Virus record (IMG/VR): IMGVR_UViG_3300045988_147821
Span: 1-64,000 of that record
Strand: one strand, 5' to 3'
Source of the DNA: a virus
DNA length: 64,000 nucleotides
Part shown: piece after piece, positions 60,388 to 64,000 of the stretch
Position numbering within the stretch: position 1 is the first letter of the stretch
Layout of the letters: each line of letters begins with the position of its first letter
Notes under the pieces: generated by a model
The model's input: the letters and a program-made list of their open reading frames with translations, nothing else
Databases searched by the model: none
What the model was told of the DNA's origin: nothing
Translations under genes and position numbers: made by a program

Positions 60388-60885
60388 CTATTCCTGGCCT
60401 CCCGTTTGGTTCAACCCCGCCTCCGCCATAATGATTTCCTTGACTTCGGTTTTCTTGATTGCCTTACAGGTGCACTCCTTCCCTACCCCGATAATCTCCT
60501 TGGCAGATTCAATCGCCTTTTCAGAGGCAAGAGATGAATCGGAAGCGAAGCACAGGACCTTGTGTGTCCGCGATTTCATTTTGCCCTTCACCTCTTCCAT
60601 ATATTCACAGGTGCACAGATACCATGCCCCATCAGCTTCTCCCCCACCCTTCTCGGACTTGGGAAGATACGTGTTTATTTTCATCTCACGTATCGGGAAT
60701 ACCCAGAACTCGCCTGTATCGCTTGACACTTCTTCTTCTTTTTCTATCACGGAAGTATGTTTCATCGCAAGCGTTTCAGCTTCCGTATAGTTTGCAGGGT
60801 CCATTACAAGGACGGTCTTTGATGTCTTTACCGATTCACCATCCACATTGTTCACGTAATAGTTGATTTTACATTCTAAATTCAT
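60388..60885 (-). CDS. DUF4494-like protein (165 aa)
   Basis: NLECKINYY...KTVLVMDPANYTEAETLA...GEFWVFPIRE...AWYLCTCEYMEE..GK.K.....VLCFASD resembles the F-E-C-K-V-x-Y...Y-L-V-D-A-x-S-F-T-E-A-E...G-E-F...W-F-K-x-K pattern of Bacteroidota DUF4494 proteins (from memory). The track start 60894 is a TTG; the first ATG is at 60885. Confidence 0.5.
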   Translation of the reverse strand: MNLECKINYYVNNVDGESVKTSKTVLVMDPANYTEAETLAMKHTSVIEKEEEVSSDTGEFWVFPIREMKINTYLPKSEKGGGEADGAWYLCTCEYMEEVKGKMKSRTHKVLCFASDSSLASEKAIESAKEIIGVGKECTCKAIKKTEVKEIIMAEAGLNQTGGQE

Positions 60886-61142
60886 TTTCCTCAAATTTTT
60901 ATGGTTAATAATTTATTTCACTTCCTCAAATACTTTATCAGTATATTTTGTTTCACTTCCTCATTCATCATTCACATCATCATCTTTTCCCCAACTTCCT
61001 CATCAACTTCCTCAAAAATATTTTTGTCACTTCCTCAAACACTTCCTCAACCGTTTCCTCATTACTTCCTCAATAGGAACGGAAACACTTCCTTAATGTC
61101 ACGGGAGATAAACATCAAGGTCATTTATGCCCGTTTTCCTCA
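60886..61142 (-). repeat. phased array of TGAGGAAG(TG) repeats (7 exact + 4 degenerate copies)
   Basis: Plus-strand CTTCCTCA starts at 60921, 60956, 60995, 61007, 61030, 61042 and 61065. One-mismatch copies start at 60886, 61054, 61088 and 61135. All share one orientation, with spacings of 11-12 bp or multiples. Confidence 0.9.
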
Positions 61143-61527
61143 TCACCCTAGTAAGACCCTGCCACGATATAAAAAGTGCCGTATCAAACAGGAAATTGGG
61201 CATTTTCATCCACAAAGATTTCGTGGTTATTTCCTCAATGTCCACCCTCATTCCATAAAACAGACCGATAGGACGTATCAGAACGCTTTCCTTGCTTGTA
61301 AAAACCTCACTTATCTTTCCTAGTGCCACGGAAGATATGTTCTTTCCCGGTATCAGGACAATAATGTCCTCACGTGGCATTTCAAGCATTTCCTCTATCT
61401 TTTCCGTTTCATCCTCAAAGAAGATATTGTTGTCACGACAAAGTTCAAGAGTGTACAGGACACTGTTGTTCTTCATGTGATCTATGAAAGCGTTACCCTT
61501 TTTATAGGAAAAATTCTTGTATATCAT
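61099..61527 (-). CDS. hypothetical protein (142 aa)
   Basis: ATG ORF whose 3' end overlaps the distal repeat copy. Confidence 0.55.
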   Translation of the reverse strand: MIYKNFSYKKGNAFIDHMKNNSVLYTLELCRDNNIFFEDETEKIEEMLEMPREDIIVLIPGKNISSVALGKISEVFTSKESVLIRPIGLFYGMRVDIEEITTKSLWMKMPNFLFDTALFISWQGLTRVMRKTGINDLDVYLP

Positions 61528-61532
61528 GGCCG

Positions 61533-61778
61533 TTATTCACTAAATATAATTTCTGCCGGGCGAATCCACAGTTTGTATGTGGGATATTTCTTTTCCACAT
61601 CATCTTCATTGTACACCTTTACGAACTTCACATCATCCTTAAGATGCTCGTATTTGTCCATCATGGTATCGAAATTCTTCTCAAATTCTTCCGGTGTGGA
61701 AGCCATATCCCCGAATGTTATCAATGCAGGCAAAACCTCATTAAACATTTCCAGTCCGTTTGCTCCTGTTGTTCTCAT
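61533..61778 (-). CDS. hypothetical protein (81 aa)
   Basis: ATG ORF. TATTTTTG box on minus at 61845-61852. Confidence 0.5.
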   Translation of the reverse strand: MRTTGANGLEMFNEVLPALITFGDMASTPEEFEKNFDTMMDKYEHLKDDVKFVKVYNEDDVEKKYPTYKLWIRPAEIIFSE

Positions 61779-61844
61779 TATGTTATCAAAATTTTAAATT
61801 AAACGATAAATCCGTGAATATGACAGGACAAATGAATCCCCGTC

Positions 61845-61852
61845 CAAAAATA
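61845..61852 (-). promoter_or_regulatory. Bacteroides-type -7 box TATTTTTG
   Basis: Exact TAnnTTTG on minus, 67 nt upstream of ATG 61778. A second box, TATCTTTG, lies at 61927-61934. Confidence 0.4.
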
Positions 61853-62021
61853 TAATTAAAAGTATAACGGGTTAATATTGTAAATAATAACAGGGTATCC
61901 GATTCCCATATCATATATCACGGATTCAAAGATAAATGTTTTGGTTTATGTCCGAACGATTCTATAACCTTTTTCGGACAGGAATTTTTTGATTACTAGC
62001 GTGTTCACCACCTCCTTTCCA

Positions 62022-62168
62022 TTATGATTGAAACTTCCGGGCAACGAATTTCTTATAGACCATAACCTGAAAATTTTTGTGTGTATGAACCCTCCCATAA
62101 AAATCATCAAGTTCATACACAGACTTGAAACACTTTTCATTGCCCTGCGGATTAATCAGTTTATACAT
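62022..62168 (-). CDS. hypothetical protein (48 aa); alternative frame is track ORF 61946..62140
   Basis: ATG 62168 lies 12 nt after the stop of 62180..62710 (MYKLINPQGNEKCFKSVYELDDFYGRVH..). It overlaps the 64-aa track ORF in another frame, and I cannot decide between them. Confidence 0.25.
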   Translation of the reverse strand: MYKLINPQGNEKCFKSVYELDDFYGRVHTHKNFQVMVYKKFVARKFQS

Positions 62169-62179
62169 ATATCTCTAGT

Positions 62180-62710
62180 TTATAGATTTTTGAAATAAAA
62201 ACCCATTCCATTTGCCGAATAAGCCTTCGTAACGCTGTCAAAAATACGCTTGTCTATATTCCCATCCATTGCATCATACCATTGGAAACAACAGTCATTA
62301 TCGGTAATAGGGTATATTTTCGGTCCTTTTGCAGTGTCTATGTCATTAGGATTGTCATATCTCATAAAATCAAATATGGTACTTTTTATTGCGAAACGGA
62401 ACATGGATTTATTCGGTGATTCAATAAACGAAATTCCTTCACGTTCACATACATATCTTATGACCGCTCTTATATTTTCAACCCATGATATAGGTTTGTC
62501 GGTGGCAATCCATATAGGATTATCCTGCTTTTTAAAGTTGTACAGGTCAAGTTCCGCAATGCCTATCAACTGGAAGGCAAACAGGGTGGAATATCCGGCT
62601 CTTCTTCCAAAATACACCGCATCATCATTTTCCCCGTCAAGACCGTTAAGGAAAATGCTGTGAAGTCTGTCTATGTCAAATTTCCCATTTGTAATATTAT
62701 AACTTCTCAT
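62180..62710 (-). CDS. hypothetical protein (176 aa)
   Basis: ATG ORF 49 nt downstream of a TATATTTG box. Confidence 0.55.
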   Translation of the reverse strand: MRSYNITNGKFDIDRLHSIFLNGLDGENDDAVYFGRRAGYSTLFAFQLIGIAELDLYNFKKQDNPIWIATDKPISWVENIRAVIRYVCEREGISFIESPNKSMFRFAIKSTIFDFMRYDNPNDIDTAKGPKIYPITDNDCCFQWYDAMDGNIDKRIFDSVTKAYSANGMGFYFKNL

Positions 62711-62758
62711 AATAGGGTAATTCTACGATTGTTTAAATTTGATTTTAATTTTGTGGTG

Positions 62759-62766
62759 CAAATATA
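62759..62766 (-). promoter_or_regulatory. Bacteroides-type -7 box TATATTTG
   Basis: Exact TAnnTTTG on minus upstream of ATG 62710. Confidence 0.5.
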
Positions 62767-62878
62767 GATATTATTTAAATTTTCACCAAATAAAATAGCA
62801 AATAATTTAAATAAAATGGAGCACTCCATTACGAAGCACCCCATTTCAACTAAAAAACAAAAATAAGATATGGTAAAG

Positions 62879-63331
62879 TTATTTGATGGAGATATAGATA
62901 TCGTCTTTTGTAGCAAGCAATCTTTTCATAAGGTTATGGAATGTTGCCGTACTGTTCATTACCCTTCCTACAATAGAGTTTACTCCCACAAGCACGCAGC
63001 CGGAACTATCCTGTGCCGTATTTCCGACATGTATAAGAACACCCTCAAAGCCTGGTACGCCAATCAATCGTGGCAGTTTACCATCGTATGGTTTTGCCCA
63101 CGATCTTTCCTTAAAACGCAAGGAAACGGTGTCCATGTCCACCTTATATCTTCCAGTAGGGATTGCAGTTTGTCCGTACACCTTTATTTCCTTGATTTTA
63201 TGTTCGGGCATGTCTTGTGAAAGCCCTCTATCCTTATCCTCTATCGTATCGCAAAAGTCCTCCCCGTCAATGGAGAGTTTTCCTATTGTATAGGTTTCCT
63301 TTCTTGCTATTCGTCTAAGTTCAAGTTCCAT
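62879..63331 (-). CDS. DUF5675-like protein with YkuD-like H..GN....S-x-GC motif (150 aa); candidate cell-wall enzyme
   Basis: ETYTIGKLSIDGEDFCDTIEDKDRGL...VYGQTAIPTGRYKV...GKLPRLIGVPGFEGVLIHVGNTAQDSSGCVLVG matches my recollection of Bacteroidota DUF5675 proteins. The His..Cys motif resembles L,D-transpeptidase-fold catalytic sites. Confidence 0.5.
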   Translation of the reverse strand: MELELRRIARKETYTIGKLSIDGEDFCDTIEDKDRGLSQDMPEHKIKEIKVYGQTAIPTGRYKVDMDTVSLRFKERSWAKPYDGKLPRLIGVPGFEGVLIHVGNTAQDSSGCVLVGVNSIVGRVMNSTATFHNLMKRLLATKDDIYISIK

Positions 63332-63525
63332 ACTTCACTGTTTAAAATTTCACTTAATTCATTACTGTCGTAAAGGTAAGAAGAAATCTCTTCATCTCCC
63401 AATACGGGTGCGACAAAATCCTCGTGTAACAGGATCATTGTTCCGTCAACACTTCTTCTTGCGTGGATGGGCGGAACAATCCCATGTTCCATACACCATT
63501 TTATTGTTACTATAACGTATCTCAT
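63307..63525 (-). CDS. hypothetical protein (72 aa)
   Basis: ATG ORF overlapping both neighbours (4 nt and 25 nt). Confidence 0.5.
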   Translation of the reverse strand: MRYVIVTIKWCMEHGIVPPIHARRSVDGTMILLHEDFVAPVLGDEEISSYLYDSNELSEILNSEVWNLNLDE

Positions 63526-64000
63526 TTTGTTATCAAATTTTCAAGTACATAATTAATTAAATCCTGCTCGGTGAATCCGTCAGTTTCCTTGGTGGGAACT
63601 GAATCGAATCCTATGGAGTTGTAGAAAGCTGAACTAATCCATCCGCTATTATGGTCAGTATTGCTAAAGAATATAGGAGTTTTAGTTTTATCACCTGTCA
63701 CATCATTGTTTACTATGGTGATTATTTGCTTTTTGTTTAACAAAGCGGAAACTATTGTAGATTCATTCAGTGTTCCATCAATATAGGTCTTGCCGTTTGA
63801 GTTCCTACTATTATAAGCAATACTACCTTTGTCATTGAATACGGCAAACAGCCAAGGTTCAGTAGTATTCAGTCTTTGGTCATAGATAAACTTTCCATCA
63901 ACAAACGGATTAATAGTAGTAAACAACACCTTAACGCCCTGTTGCAAGTTCTGTATTTGCCCATAATCATCTACCCCATCAGTTACTAGGGCGTTGGGAT
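63522..64000 (-). CDS. hypothetical protein, C-terminal part (5' end beyond the window)
   Basis: The track start 63947 is a TTG, and the frame stays open to position 64000. Confidence 0.5.
   Translation of the reverse strand, partial: PNALVTDGVDDYGQIQNLQQGVKVLFTTINPFVDGKFIYDQRLNTTEPWLFAVFNDKGSIAYNSRNSNGKTYIDGTLNESTIVSALLNKKQIITIVNNDVTGDKTKTPIFFSNTDHNSGWISSAFYNSIGFDSVPTKETDGFTEQDLINYVLENLITK

Noticed and set aside
1-64000. Alternative genetic code (TAG or TGA reassignment, as in some gut phages), and a prophage/integration call
   Set aside because: All large genes are uninterrupted under the standard bacterial code. No integrase, att-like repeat or host flanking gene is visible, so lysogeny cannot be inferred from this window.

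Overview
The window is a gene-dense segment of a contractile-tailed dsDNA phage or prophage. No genome ends, integrase, terminase or replication genes are visible. The host is very probably a Bacteroidota bacterium: genes are preceded by Bacteroides-type TAnnTTTG -7 boxes (sometimes with TTTG at -33), no Shine-Dalgarno sequences are seen, and there are BACON-like, DUF4494-like and DUF5675-like proteins. All family calls are motif recognition from memory, with no searches run.

Layout:
- 1-48295 is essentially one minus-strand block. It runs from small unknown genes (1-3504) through a baseplate/fibre module dominated by a 3177-aa baseplate-J-fused fibre (3657-18666) and an opposite-strand membrane-protein moron (18731-19236). 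Next come the tape measure and chaperones (19255-23145) and a KilA-N/HNH island (23229-25478), then tube, sheath and neck genes (25605-32533). The capsid module follows (MCP, scaffold, protease; 32609-35650), then a MuF-intein / Hint / Hint / Nudix locus (35770-40890), the portal and a tandem paralog family ending in a BACON-like repeat protein (41077-45604), and a holin-like gene plus upstream genes (45628-48295).
- 48296-55756 is a mosaic. It contains two long ORF-free, structure-rich islands (about 1 kb and 1.9 kb), several orphan promoter-terminator units, a plus-strand operon of ten translationally coupled small genes (NTase-fold, XRE HTH), and a spermidine-synthase-like methyltransferase-fold gene.
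- 55757-64000 holds small minus-strand genes separated by three near-identical ~145-bp terminator+promoter cassettes, a helically phased array of TGAGGAAG repeats and a hexamer microsatellite.

Best candidates for something new:
1. The head-module MuF(+LAGLIDADG intein) - two degenerate free-standing Hint ORFs - Nudix-protein locus, possibly a capsid-delivered effector.
2. The phased TGAGGAAG array.
3. The mobile promoter cassettes and the CATTATTTCGGTTAT motif network.
4. The two structured non-coding islands.
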